Positions 27,928 through 42,119 of a stretch of 64,000 nt of DNA are shown in pieces. The notes below the pieces were generated by a model. That model searched no databases. It was given only the letters and a program-made list of their open reading frames with translations, and was not told the origin of the DNA. Made by a program: the position numbers and the translations under genes. Source of the stretch: Octopus vulgaris (taxonomy: Eukaryota); the NCBI GenBank assembly GCA_951406725.2, contig OX597831.1, forward strand, positions 77,500,001-77,564,000. The letters are read 5' to 3'. How positions within the stretch are numbered: the stretch's first letter is position 1; each line of letters starts with the position of its first letter.

Positions 27928-28522
27928 TACGACGGGCTTCTTTCAGTTTCTGTCTACCAAATCCACTGACAAGGCTTTGGTCGGCCCGAGGCTATAGTAG
28001 AAGACACTTACCCAAGGTGCCACACAGTGGGACTGAACCCGGAACCATGTGGTTCGTAAGCAAGCTACTTACCACACAGCCACTCCTACGCCTACATATA
28101 TAAAAAAAAAACTACAACGCATATCATTTCAGCGTTTAATCACCTTCGAAGTTGTCTTTTTTTGAAACCACACGTTTTATTCAGAATCGTTTTCATTGAT
28201 GGAAACATTCCCGGAACTCATCGCACTCTCCTGGATTTTCTCGATGTCTTCAAATCTTGTTCCTTTGAAGCGGGGTGTAAACTTTGGAAAGGCACTATGG
28301 CCGTAATAAACTTCCAGACATATCTCCTGTAAGAAATAGCCCACTGATCTAGCAATCCCCCAAAAGGGACTCCCAGAAATGTTTCCATCAATGGAAATGG
28401 CACTGTGTAGAGTGTGTAGCTTCGGAAGGGGATTAATTCGGAGGAGATTAAATGCCGGATTGATACGTGTTGTAGAATTCTTTTAAAGCACCGGTCCTGA
28501 TATTTTTCGATCAGACCTCATA
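27596..28522 (+). mobile_element. Internally deleted mariner element interrupted by a family A SINE (27638-28095, minus)
   Basis: TIRs tacgatgtctgatcaaaagatcaggactggtgct and agcaccggtcctgatatttttcgatcagacctcata. Remnant of the transposase C-terminus QKCFHQWKWHCVECVASEGD*FGGD. Confidence 0.8.
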
Positions 28523-29089
28523 TAATAGTGTCGTTAGAGAGAGGCAAGAGAAGAGTAACCAACGAGGAAACTCCTCCGTGGTCAGTGGAAATTACAAATT
28601 TGCCTCGAATCGCACCTACAAATTGAAAACATAATTAGAGGGTAGTCCTAGGTAAACTGTGACTGCATGAATGTTAATTGTGTTCATTAACATTTATACA
28701 AAAACAGTAAGAAGAACCTTGTTTATAAAACAGTAAAGCGTTCCTGTAACAACTGCAACGATATGGAATGTTTCCTTGTGAATTCAGTCGAAGCTCCCAC
28801 ATTGGATCATCGAAGGCTCCTTCAATGGCTCGGTAATGTACTTTTAGTCGTTTAGTACATCAATCTCAGTGACTTAGTAGAGTACTCTTAGCAACCAGGA
28901 GCTTGATAGGATACTCTCATTGACTCAGTAAACTTTCTTTAGTGACTCAATAAAACTCTCATAATGGCTTCACAGGGTACTCTTATTGACACGCTATCAG
29001 ATTAGTTTTCAATAAAACACTCTCAAAGACTTGGCTCAGCAAAACCCACCCCACCTCTTCAGTAGGACGTTTTGCCGAATCTTTACAAC

Positions 29090-29270
29090 ATAGTTTTATA
29101 TTTAAGAGATGACGAATTATGTACATTGTTTACATTATTTACATTTGACGAATATTTGTCCTCATCTTGTTTGTTAACACAACATTTCAGCTGATATACC
29201 CTCCTGCCTTCATCAGGTTTCGTGAGGAAATTTCGAACCTGGGTTCTCATTGCTAAGGTATTTTTCGATG
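29090..29270 (-). mobile_element. Short repeat with a degenerate hammerhead motif (29176-29220)
   Basis: Minus strand: aac-CTGATGA-A-GGC-aggagggtatatca-GCT-GAAAT-GTT-gtgtt. Confidence 0.5.
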
Positions 29271-30502
29271 TTGTTATTATTATTATTATTGAGTGAGAGA
29301 GCAGTGCACGCCATCAAAGTGACACGGGTAAAATATACGAAGCCCAGTATAACCATCATGACTACCCGTCTGTTAATGGTACACCAGACACATGCATCAC
29401 AACCATATGTGCGCGACATGGTGATCTCATATCAAGATAAACAGCACATGACCTTGCTGGTGGGGCCCAGTTAGAATTTTCTTCAGGTCGAGTAGCCCAT
29501 CCCGCTCAAAATGTACCTGAATAAGGGTTGTTTAAGGATGTTGAACGAACCACCCATGTTTCCAGAGGTGAATTATCCAAACCTCCAAGAATTCCTTTCA
29601 TTTGATGCTCCCCTACTATTTCTGTTCATGATCAGAGATGTACATATTGTCAGCCACTAAAGGACATGCTCAACTGGTTACGGTAAAACAACTGACAAGC
29701 AAATCTGTGGTATTGAGCAGAAAATTTGCTGTAGCCCATCTTTTTATACCAAGACAAAACAATGTACATGATAGCACTTAAAGGAATGTGTTCGTGGAGA
29801 GTTAGTGGGCTGGACGTGTTGCTGAAGAAAAGGCAAGGACTCCTGAAATATGTATATACTCCAATTACATATTTTTCTATCTTCGATCGCATTTTTTAAG
29901 TAAACGGAGTTGCGTGAGGAAAAGACGAAACTTTCAGGTGTTGGCTCTAGTATATTTCTTTACAAAATCTGTAGTGAAAAACTTAAAGAGTGATGTATGT
30001 ATGTATGTATGTATGTATGTATGTATGTATGTATGTATGTATGTATGTATGTATGCATGTATGTATGTATGTATGAATGTATACACGTATGTATGTTTGT
30101 ATGTCCATATGCAAGTTTGTGTATGTATGTATACACACATATATATATATGTGTGTGTGTGTGTGTGAAGCCGCATGGCTCAGTGGTTAGAGCGTCAAGC
30201 TTACGATCGTGAGGTTGTGTGTTCGATTCCCGGCCCGGGCTACGTGTTGTATTCTTGAGCAAGACACTTTATTTCATGTTGCTCCAGTTCACTCAGCTCT
30301 AGAAATGAGTTGCGACATCACTGGTGCCAAGCTGTATCGGCCCCTTTGCCTTTCCCTTGGATAACATCAATGATGTGGAGAGCGGAGGCTGGTATGCATG
30401 GGCGACTGCTGGCCTTCCATAAACAACCTTGCCTGGACTTGTACCTCGGAGTGTAACTTTCTAGTTGCTATCCCATGGTCATTCGTGACCGAAGGAGGTC
30501 TC

Positions 30503-30576
<74 letters not shown>

Positions 30577-30577
30577 T

Positions 30578-30786
30578 TGTGGACATACATACGTACGTTC
30601 AGGTGTAGACATCCATATGCTACGTAGAGTATGCGTTAATTTGGCCAAAGACAAAACAAATCTATATATTTATTGATATATATATATTTATTGATAGTAA
30701 TGGTAAGACAACAAAAGAATGAAAGAGATCTCGATATTATGTAAATAGAGGAATTTATCCGTAAATATAATATATAATTATTGTAC

Positions 30787-30863
<77 letters not shown>

Positions 30864-31089
30864 CATATATACATACATACATATATATATACATATATAC
30901 ATACATATACGAAGGGTTTCTTTTCAGGTTCTGTCTACTAAATCCACTCACAAGGGATTGGTCGGCCCGAGAATAAAGCAGAGAATATAGTAGACGACAC
31001 TTGCCCAAGGTACCCGAATCCATGTGGTTGGGAAGCAAGCTTCTTACCACACAGCCACGCCTGCGCCCCGCCCTCTCTCTGTATGTCTG

Positions 31090-31165
<76 letters not shown>

Positions 31166-31531
31166 AATGTGTGTCTGTCTGTGTGTTTCCATAAAACCTG
31201 AGAACTACACAACCAATTTCATCTAAATTTTACACATGCCTTACTTAGGATCCGGGGAGTGTCATCGGCAAAGAAATTTTTTACTTTTTGCCTAGGGCGA
31301 GCCCACAGCAATATCATATCTTCTCCACTACGATTGTGGACGTTCAGGTGTAGACATCCATATGCTACGTAGAGTATGCGTTAATTTGGCCAAAGACAAA
31401 ACAAATCTATATATTTATTGATATATATATATTTATTGATAGTAATGGTAAGACAACAAAAGAATGAAAGAGATCTCGATATTATGTAAATAGAGGAATT
31501 TATCCGTAAATATAATATATAATTATTGTAC

Positions 31532-31611
<80 letters not shown>

Positions 31612-31811
31612 TACATACATATATATATACATATATACATACATATACGAAGGGTTTCTTTTCAGGTTCTGTCTACTAAATCCACTCACAAGGGATTGGT
31701 CGGCCCGAGAATAAAGCAGAGAATATAGTAGACGACGCTTGCCCAAGGTACCCGAATCCATGTGGTTGGGAAGCAAGGTTCTTACCACACAGCCACGCCT
31801 GCGCCCCGCCC

Positions 31812-31878
<67 letters not shown>

Positions 31879-32070
31879 GTATATGTGTGTGTGTGTGTGT
31901 GAATGTGTGTCTGTCTGTGTGTTTCCCTAAAACCTGAGAACTACACAACCAATTTCATCTAAATTTTACACATGCCTTACTTAGGATCCGGGGAGTGTCA
32001 TCGGCAAAGAAATTTTTTACTTTTTGCCTAGGGCGAGCCCACAGCAATATCATATCTTCTCCACTACGAT
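30578..32070. repeat. Tandem duplication, ~750-bp unit (30578-31333 and 31334-32070)
   Basis: Unique sequence, SINE fragment and Helitron-like segment are all repeated nearly identically; microsatellite lengths differ. Confidence 0.9.
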
Positions 32071-33193
32071 TCCCTAAAACTTGAGAACTACACAACCAAT
32101 TGCATTAAAATTTTACACATGCCTTACTTAGCGTCCATGTTGTTTCATGGGCAAAACAAATGTTCAACGTCTTGCCTAGGGCGAGCCCATAGCAATATCA
32201 TATCTTCTCCACGATTTCAGCATTACGTGTTAAAAGTGAAACAAAAACATTTCTCTATTTTATGTCAGACACTTTCACTTTAACAATAAAAATTAGAAAT
32301 AATAATAATAAATGAATTATATGTAGTAAGTAATAATTCAAATCAAAGTAAAGTATAATATAATCGTAACATAAAAAAAAGGAAAAATAGCAATTGGTAT
32401 AAAATTGCATCAATGACTTGAACTTGAATAAGTGGTGAATGAGAATAAATTAAAAATAAAATTAGCGTGCAGAAATGGAATAGTCCAGATGGACTATTAT
32501 ACATAAAGGACTATAGCTTCAACAGCGTACTGCTTTTTGATTCACCGTTAGGTTTGTTGTTATTATTATTACTGTTTAATTATTGTTATCACCTTTGTTG
32601 GTTCCTCATAGGGGAAACTTTGTTGTGTTGCATTTGTTAAATAATTGTAAACTGCAACCCTCCCCCATTGGGAGAAGGAGCTTTGGTTATTGCTTAAGAA
32701 TTGAATTGTGTCCTTGTTTGGGGAAATTGACAATATTTTCACCGTTTACACGGAAGCATTTTTGTTAGAATGCCTTCGATAGTAGAAAGTCCAAAAATGT
32801 ATTTCGCTGCAGCCGTCGGCGTGCGCGAACTCATTAAAATTAAAATGGAAGAAATACAAACCTTTTTCGGATTGATCACCGACAAAGACGGTGAATCTAG
32901 GATAACACCACCAAACGAAATAAAAAATTAAATTAAAGAAAAGACTATTGTCTATAAAGTATACAATATAGAGAAAAAAAAATAGATTTGAATACCTGGA
33001 GGAAAGCACCATCGAAAAGTGTCTTGGTGCGACTATGAAAGATATCTAACCAGAGGCGTAGGACGTCCCGGATAAAAAAGAAAAATGTCCACCCAGTAGT
33101 AGATGTAGGCTGGATTGTAGCCACACTTCTATACAAGAAGGAGGACAAGATACAATTGATCGAAATTGCAAGCGACGGGCCTACAATTCCAGT
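31160..33193 (+). mobile_element. Putative non-autonomous Helitron-like element with ~145-bp internal repeats
   Basis: tgtctgtctgtgtgtttccctaaaac.tgagaactacacaaccaattt...aaattttacac is repeated. The possible 3' end gcaagcgacgggcctacaattccagt resembles a degenerate cgacggg...ctagt terminus. Confidence 0.45.
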
Positions 33194-33398
33194 TTGTTAT
33201 ATATTTTGAGTATTGTTATCACTAGCGATATCAAGATATAACTTTGTATTTTGTATTTTCTGTGTAGATGTATATATATTGGTGTACATGTAATATGTAC
33301 ACACACACACATATATATATATATATATGAATATATTTATATATATTCATATGAATATATTTATATATATTTATATGTATATATTTATATATATATCA

Positions 33399-33490
<92 letters not shown>

Positions 33491-34087
33491 ATATATGAAA
33501 TATAAAAACAGGACTTTTTCCACGCAAGAAAAATATGGTAAATACCATCATAGATCCGCTTATCTTTATTCACACGCATAGATACACACACACACACGCA
33601 GACACGTACACACTTGTACATACATAGACTCATACACGCGTGCGCACAATACCACCACCACCACCACCACGAGCACCTGTCACATACATCAGACCCACGC
33701 GCACGCACGCTTATTGGAGCGAGCATCTACGTTGAAAGCTTGTCTTGACTTACAAATTGCCAACAAGATGGCTGGAAGCAATTCCCAGTCATCTGGTCTT
33801 ATTAAATCAATTAATCTTTCCGTAATATTAATGGAAGGTCATCTCTGACCTGTCAACACTTCACTGATAAACAAACAAGATACGACGAGCGCCGTTGATG
33901 ATAAAAAGACGTTCGCGAATGAATAACACGAGATGGATGATGATTCGGGGATTAGGAGGAATGACGGAATGGAAGAATGAAGGAATTTAGGAATAAATGG
34001 ACAAACGAATAATAGAGATGCGCTACAAAGGAAGATGGCAAATTGCTTTCTGGTTTTTTTTTTTTCTTTTGCTAATTTTTTAAAAAT

Positions 34088-34658
34088 CTTTTACCTTTTA
34101 CTTGTTTCAGTCATGAGACTGCGGCCAAGCTGGGGCACCGCTTTGAAGAATTTTAGTCGTAGGCATCGGCTCCAGGACATTTTTTTTTCTTTGTTTTTTT
34201 TTTTTTAAAGCTTGGTCCATGTTCTATCGGATATCTGTTGCCGAACCGCTACGTCACGGGAGACGTAAACACATCAACACCGGTGGTGGGGACAAATACA
34301 GACAGAAAGATACACACACGCGCGCACACGTATATAACTGCATATGTGTGTGTGTATACGTGTATATATATATATATTAATATTTATATACGACAGGCTT
34401 CTTTCAGTTTTCATCTCCAAAATGCACTCGACAGGCTTTGCTCGGCCTTAGGCTATAGTAGAAGACACTTATCCAAGATGCCACACAATGGGTTTGAACC
34501 CGGAACTAAATGATTGTTAAGCAAACCCCTTACCATGCAACCACACCTGTGCTTTTATATATATATATACACACATATAGACATATACGTACATATAGAC
34601 ATACATACATATATGTATACACATACACATATACATATGCATACATATACATATGTAC

Positions 34659-34733
<75 letters not shown>

Positions 34734-34804
34734 TATATATAAACACAAATCTCAGAAGCAATATCTGAAGCAGACATGTAACACATACCTCACTCACCAG
34801 CGCA

Positions 34805-34881
<77 letters not shown>

Positions 34882-35908
34882 TGTGTGTGTGTGTGCTCGT
34901 GCACGTATAGTGAAGATGCCTATAAATAAAGTTGAAAAAGCATAACTGAGTCTGAAAAGGTTTGAACTTTGAAATCACGGCTTCAACCTGAATTTCCGAC
35001 TCTACTTCACCGATATACTTATACAGCTGTTCTAACGATGTTTCATCAGGCAAACCGCCACATGTCCATCTTCTCACACCTACCCTAGAAGGTCATTTCA
35101 AAATTAAACAATTGTATCGTTGACATCCAGAAGCTTTATCTGGAACCACATGATTCCGGGTTCAGTTCCCCCTCCGTGACATCTTGGGCAAGTGTCTTTT
35201 ACTAAAGCCTCAGGTTAACCAAAGCCTTGTGAATGGATTTAGTATGCGGAAACTGAAAGAAGCTCGTCGTATATACATCTCTATGTGTGCGTGTCTTTGT
35301 GTCAGTGTTTTCCCAACACCCACTGCTTGACAACCGGTGTTGGTGTTTTTACATCACTGCAACTTAGTAGTTCGGCAAAAGAAAAGCGATGGAATAAATA
35401 CCAGGCTTTAAAGAATACCACTAAAAATTTTCGATGGTAGTGCCCCAGCATGACCGCAGTCTAATAACTAAAACGAGTAAAAGATATAAAAGACAACCAT
35501 AAAGGATTATACAGTGAAATAAACCAACCCCAGTATTTAACTGGTATCATTTCATTGATCCACTCATCCATTGGAAGCATTCAAGTCTAAGAGAGTTTAT
35601 GACGTTAACACTCTATGGACAATACCCCACCCCAGAAGGTCAATTATCCCTCTTTTACTCTTTGCTCTTTTGCTTGTTTCAGTCATTCGACTGTGGTCAT
35701 GATGGAGCACTGCCTTTAGTAGAGAACATCGAGCCCAGGACTTATTCTTTGTAAATCTAGTACTTATTCTATCGGTCTTTTGCCGAGCCGCTAAGTTACG
35801 GGAACGTAAACACAACAGCATCGGTCGTCAATCGATGTTCGGGGGACAAACACAGACACAAACATATACACATACACATGCATATATATATATATATACA
35901 TATATATA

Positions 35909-35968
<60 letters not shown>

Positions 35969-36136
35969 TACGACGGGCTTCTTTCAGTTTCCGTCTACCA
36001 AATCCACTCACAAGGCTTTGGTTGGCCAGACGCTATAGTAGAAGACACTTGCCCAAGGTGCCACGCAGTGGGAATGAACCCAGAACCATGTGGTTGGTAA
36101 GCAAGCTACTTACCACACAGCCACTCCTACGCCTAT
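34088..36136. mobile_element. Three family A SINEs: 34088-34553 (-), 35145-35490 (+), 35650-36136 (-)
   Basis: Alignment to other copies. Confidence 0.85.
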
Positions 36137-36145
36137 AAATCATAT

Positions 36146-36237
36146 CCCTCGCAGAGGGACTTGAACCCGTGACCCTCAGATTTCATCACTCGACAGTTCT
36201 TAAAAGTCTGATGCTCTACCGACTGAGCTTTGCGGGC
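36146..36237 (-). tRNA. tRNA-Lys(UUU) with a 19-nt intron at the canonical 37/38 position; possibly a pseudogene
   Basis: GCCCGCAAAGCTCAGTCGGTAGAGCATCAGACTTTTA[AGAACTGTCGAGTGATGAA]ATCTGAGGGTCACGGGTTCAAGTCCCTCTGCGAGGG. D and anticodon arms match eukaryotic tRNA-Lys(UUU). There are mismatches in the acceptor and T stems and a U8>A change. Confidence 0.75.
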
Positions 36238-36461
36238 TTCCCCTGAGAACAAGAGATGAGGATTTAAAACTCTTGTATATATTGGAGAGTGGGGTGATTA
36301 ACCATGAGTTGTAATTGCCCTAGGGGGTAGTTGTTGTCGGGAGGAATTGTTCTAAGGGGGGTGGAGGTAATTGTCCTAGGGAGGTGTAATTGTCCTGATA
36401 CGATCTAAGACACTCTCGGTGGAATTTTAAATTCATGCTTCAAGATACGTAATTATATTCT

Positions 36462-36689
36462 TATTTCTTTACTACCCACAAGGGGCTACACACAGAGGGA
36501 GCAAACAAGGACAAACGGATTAAGTCGATTATATCAACCCCAGTGCGTAACTGGTACTTATTTAATCGACCCCGAAATGATGAAAGGCAAAGTCGACCTC
36601 GGCAGAATTTGAACTCAGAACGTAGAGGCAGACGAAATACTGCTAAGCATTTCGCCCGGCGTGCCAACGTTTCTGCCAGCTCGCCGCCT
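36462..36689 (-). mobile_element. SINE family B, full length
   Basis: TSD taa(t/c)tatattct at 36450-36461 and 36690-36701. Confidence 0.9.
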
Positions 36690-37819
36690 TAACTATATTC
36701 TGAGACACATCTATTTCGACAATCCATAAAATGACTTCCACGTCTAGCAAGATCGGATGAAATGCAATCGATTCTCAAAGTACAAGTAGCAGTCAACTCT
36801 GCTTCAGATTTCATAGAGAGTTTTGTTTAGAGATATAATAAAAAAACATCTCACTCATAGAGATCCTTAGCTAAGTCCTCTATGAGATAAGAATGTTGGG
36901 GCGGGTTTCATACGGGTCAATTGTCGCAATTGATAAAGCAGTCAAATCTTTCTTCAATCAAATCGTTTTGACAATCCATTGAAAAGTGAAGCCGCTACGA
37001 GTTAACAAAAGAGCATTATATGTATTCACTTAAATTGCAAGAAATAGCGGGCAAAGCTTCCGTAAATCAAATTATTTCTACAATACATGAAAGAATAAGA
37101 ACATTACGAGCTAACGTGGGGGGGGGGGTGTTATATGCAGCCATACAACTTCCTAAAACCTCACTCTGTAACCCCAAATAAGGAGACATTCATTAAGTAT
37201 TGTTTAAAGAATATACGAAATACCTGGTATAGAAAAGAAAAAAAAACGGGATTGTCGTGGCTGGAACTGCCTTTCATCATTGGTATGCTCGATCACAATA
37301 AGCACATGACTAAGGTAGCAACAACAACAACGATACATGGTACAATAATAATACGTCAAGTTTTGCTTCAAGGAAGTGACGGTGAGGTATTATGCATGGA
37401 AGAAAGGCCAAAGGCCGAATGTCAATCACGGCCCACGCGTAATAGTTAACGTCCAAACTAATTTTAATTAATTGAAACGCGAGCGCCTCCATCATCGTCA
37501 TCATCATCATCAGCAGCAGCATTATTACTATTATTGTTATTAAAGATTTCGCTTCTTCTTCTTCTTCTTCTTCTTCTTTTCCGCCTCCACCGCCTCCTCA
37601 TCCTCCGCCTTCTTCTTCTCCTCCGCCTCCACCGCCTCCTCCTCCTCCTCCTCCTCCTCCGCCTTCTTCTTTTTCTTCTTCTTCTTCTTCTTCTTCTTCT
37701 TCTTCTTCTTCAAATGCACTTCCTTAATATATTAAAAGAAAATTAACAAAACATTAACGCATTCCAAAGTCTTGATAAATTCTTTCACTTTTAGACAAGC
37801 AACCCAGGCTTGTATACAC

Positions 37820-37866
<47 letters not shown>

Positions 37867-39031
37867 ACACATTCGAAAGTAACCAATACATACATGCATA
37901 TATATACACACACACACACACAAACACACACACACGTATGTATAAATGTATTTATATATCCGTTGCAATGGCGTACGCGGTCGTCAATGCTTAAAGCATT
38001 CATTTACGAGGCAGGTAGGTAAATGGCACTAGTAACTTAAACGTAGTTAAAACTGCTGTCGGCTGTGCTTATTCTATATCTTCGCGTGTCTCTCTATTAC
38101 TCTGTATATCGTTGTGTGTCTGTCTATTACTGTGTGTGTATCATTACGGAGCATTGCTTCCACGTTAATAAGATTTCATTTAAATCTAATTTGAAGTAAC
38201 AACAGTTGCACTTAGATAATTTGATGGGGGAAAAATTACACCCAAGGCTCTAGTATTCTTTCGGAGTGAAGGCGCAATGGCCCAGTGGTTAGGGCAGCGG
38301 ACTCGCGGTTGTAGGATCGCGGTTTCGAGCTTCTTTCAGTTTCCGCATACTAAATCCACTCACAAGGCTTTGGTTAACCTGAGGCTTTAGTAAAAGACAC
38401 TTGCCCAAGATGTCACGGAGGGGGAACTGAACCCGGAATCATGTGAAAACACCTAAAGCTCCACAAGGCTCCGGCAGGGGATGGTGGTGATCCCTGCTGT
38501 ACTCTTTCACCACAACTTTCTCTCACTCTTACTTCCTGTTTCTGTTGTACCTGTATTTCAAAGGGTCAGCCTTGTCACTCTCTGTGTCACGCTGAATATC
38601 TCCGAGAACTACGTTAAGGGTACACGTGTCTGTGGAGTGCTCAGCCACTTGCACGTTAATTTCACGAGCAGGCTGTTCCGTTGATTCGGATCAACCGGAA
38701 CCCTCGTCGTCGTAACCGACGGAGTGCTTCCTTCCTAGTATTCTTTCATAAGGCAGGACGGTGGATCGTAACGCGTTTAAATTATATCCTTTACGTGTTT
38801 TAGTCATTCGACTACAACCATGATCGGGTATTTTGTTTTAAAGCTTGGTATTTATTTTATCGAGCTCTTCTAACAAACTGCTAAGTCACGACGACGTAAA
38901 CGAACCAAGGCGGTGATGGCGAACAAACACCCATGCACACAAATCTATGTATCAATCAATCTATCTTGCCCTCACTATCTGTTTGTCTGTCTATCTGTCT
39001 CTCTCTCTCTCCCTATGTATGTATATGTATA

Positions 39032-39130
<99 letters not shown>

Positions 39131-39422
39131 ATTAGACGGTTTGGAGATGATGTAAAGGTATTTCATATTAGAAGAAATGAGGTACTCAGAAATTCGAATG
39201 GTTTTATATTTACAGATATTTATTTGTATATTACATGTTTTTATACATCATATAACATATATCATATATCATATATTAGCGCTTTCGTCCATTCTGGTGG
39301 AGTTTTCTTGCGGAAAAATCTTTTAGCATTTTATAGTGTTATTGAGAGTGGGGAGGGATATAAGATAGTACAAGAGGGTGATGAATGGGGAGAAAGTGAG
39401 AGAGAGCATGTGTGTGTGTGTG

Positions 39423-39485
<63 letters not shown>

Positions 39486-39487
<2 letters not shown>

Positions 39488-39899
39488 TCTCTTTTACTCT
39501 TTTACTCTTTTACTTGTTTCAGTCATTTGACTGCAGCAATGCTGGAGCACCGCCTTTAGTCGAGCAAATCGACCCCGGGACTTATTCTTTGTAAGCCCAG
39601 TACTTATTCTATCGGTCTCTTTTGCCGAACCGCTAAGTGACGGGGACGTAACCACACCAGCATCGGTTGTCAAGCAATGCTAGTGGGACAAACACAAACA
39701 CATACACACACACACATATATATATATATACATATATACGACAGGCTTCTTTCAGTTTCCGTCTACTAAATCCACTCACAAGGCATTGGTCGGCCCGGAG
39801 CTATAGCAGAAGACACCCAAGATGTCACGCAGTGGGACTGAACCCGGATCCATGTGGTTGGTTAGTAAGTTACTTACCACACAGCCACTCCTGCGCCTA
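39486..39899 (-). mobile_element. SINE family A, full length; others at 48965-49345, 51900-52319, 59958-60330 (+) and 60495-61266 (split)
   Basis: Head GGCGCAGGAGTGGCTGTGTGGTAAG, B box GGTTCAGTCCC, internal microsatellite and (AAAGAGTA)n tail. Confidence 0.9.
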
Positions 39900-40249
39900 T
39901 ATATCTTTATAAAAATATATATGTATGTATATACACAAATAAATATGGCATAGTGGTTCGGTAAACCCATGGTTATAATAGAAGATATTTGCCTTAATGT
40001 GCCATACAGTAGGATTTGAACCTGAAACATGTAGTTTAGAAGCAAGCTTCTAACCACGCCGAGTCATCTACGCCTATCCATATCTCTCTTCTTTACACTT
40101 ACACAAACAGATATACACGCAAATATGCATGAAACCGAGTAACGGTCGGAAACCCCCGAAGATTCTCAGTTTCCCTAAATCATACACTGGAATGTGAGAC
40201 GGAAATTTCAAGCGACGGTGATTAAATCAAACATCCACTTTTAGGTATG

Positions 40250-40530
40250 ATGACAAAAGGAATACCAAATCAATATCGAACCATATATGGTATTTATATG
40301 ATCGCAGTATGGAAAACATTCATGCTCCCAGATTTAATTTTAGTTTTCTGCGAAATTTTTTACACATTACCACGACAGTTACACAGATGGAAAATAATTC
40401 CTTTACAACTTCAATAGAAAGTCTGATATGATTTCTAAATGTCACAAACCGGGCAAGATATTTCGTATATTTCGATTTTCTTAAATGAGTTGTTCAACTG
40501 TTTCAGCATTTGTTATTAAAGAAGTTACTC
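40250..40530 (-). mobile_element. Possible decayed mariner N-terminal (HTH) fragment
   Basis: The minus strand gives ITNAETVEQLI*ENRNI, resembling the mariner HTH region. Confidence 0.35.
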
Positions 40531-40840
40531 GTTCCTTATATTAAACCCCTCCGTCCCAAAGTGAGTTTCTCTCTTCTAAATAAGGGGTTCAAATTAGTCA
40601 CCTAAAATTTTCAGCTCACTACATTACCCGCGTGTTTCTGCGTATTTATATTGTGTGTGTGTTTATGTATGTATATATTTATAGGTGCTAATATCCAACA
40701 GTGAGAATGAGTGCTCAATACCGCATTACACACGCATGCAAACACACAACAGTCACACATAACATGTACATGTTATCTAATCATGTATTTGTTTATTTCA
40801 TTACCATTTATCTTCACTGACTTTCACTTGATATATCGTG

Positions 40841-41035
40841 CACTAATGTAGTTGAGTGGGGTGGGATGGGTGTGCAGCAGGAGCGGTCCGCCCCGGGCTG
40901 CACTTTTAAAGGAGCACCACTTTTGGGTCTGCTGCAGGCAATGAGTTTTTTCGTGGGGTCCCGGGGCGGCAGATATAAGGGCCGCCCCCGAGCAAGCACA
41001 GTCTAGCAACGCTAGAATATCGTGATTTCCTGAAT
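40841..41035. mobile_element. GC-rich degenerate MITE-like element
   Basis: Subterminal gg(t/)ccgcccc(g/c)g motifs occur at both ends; the terminus ctagcaacgcta resembles gctacgcc-type TIRs. Confidence 0.4.
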
Positions 41036-41225
41036 CGCAGTATACCTCATGCGTTGCTACAGCTTGGCCTTTTTTTAAGTGATGGAACATATATCCATTG
41101 CTAATATTTTGTATAAGAATTTGTTGCTGATATCCTCGCATACTGAATATTTGTCAATGGGAGAGGCAAAACCACTTGTGAATAGGGATATTTGGCACAG
41201 CCCACAGAATGCGTTCAGTACATTT

Positions 41226-41316
<91 letters not shown>

Positions 41317-41331
41317 CATATATATATATAC

Positions 41332-41401
<70 letters not shown>

Positions 41402-41980
41402 ATAGCTATTTTATCGAAAGCGTACATTGTTGTTAAATGCTCGAAATACGAGATTAGAAAAACAGCCAACAACTGATGAACGGTCGTTTCTTATGTTGTT
41501 TGTTTGATTTTCCATTTGTGTCTTTCGTTTTTCTAAAGAATAGTTCAAGTTCCATGTACTCGTGCTTCGTACATTTTTGTTTTACACGTCTAATGACGTC
41601 CTGTGCCCACATATGCATATATATATACGTATAGATGTAAGTAAGTACACACATATATATATATATAGTGTTGGCGCAATGACCCAGTGGTTAGGGCAGC
41701 GGACTCGCGGTCGTAGGATCACGGTTTCGATTCCAAGACCGGGCTTTGTGAGTGTTTATTGAGCGAAAACACCTAAAGCTCCACGAGGCTCCGGCAGGGG
41801 GTGGTGGCGATCCCTGCTGTACTCTTTCGCCACAACTTTCTCTCACTCTTTCTTCTGTTGGCCTGCTCGCTTAGCCAGAGGGGTGGCGCCCTTTGAAGGC
41901 TAAAACAATGCGAAGCGCATTGTGACCAGCGATGTGTAACAACATCTGATAGCCTGGTCGGTTACGTGATCACGTGATCA

Positions 41981-42014
<34 letters not shown>

Positions 42015-42119
42015 CATTGTTATATGATTGAACGCCACGCATCCTCTTCCAAGTAAGTTTTATCTTAATACACATACATACACACACATATATATAACTA
42101 GACACGCGCTGTTAGTGAT

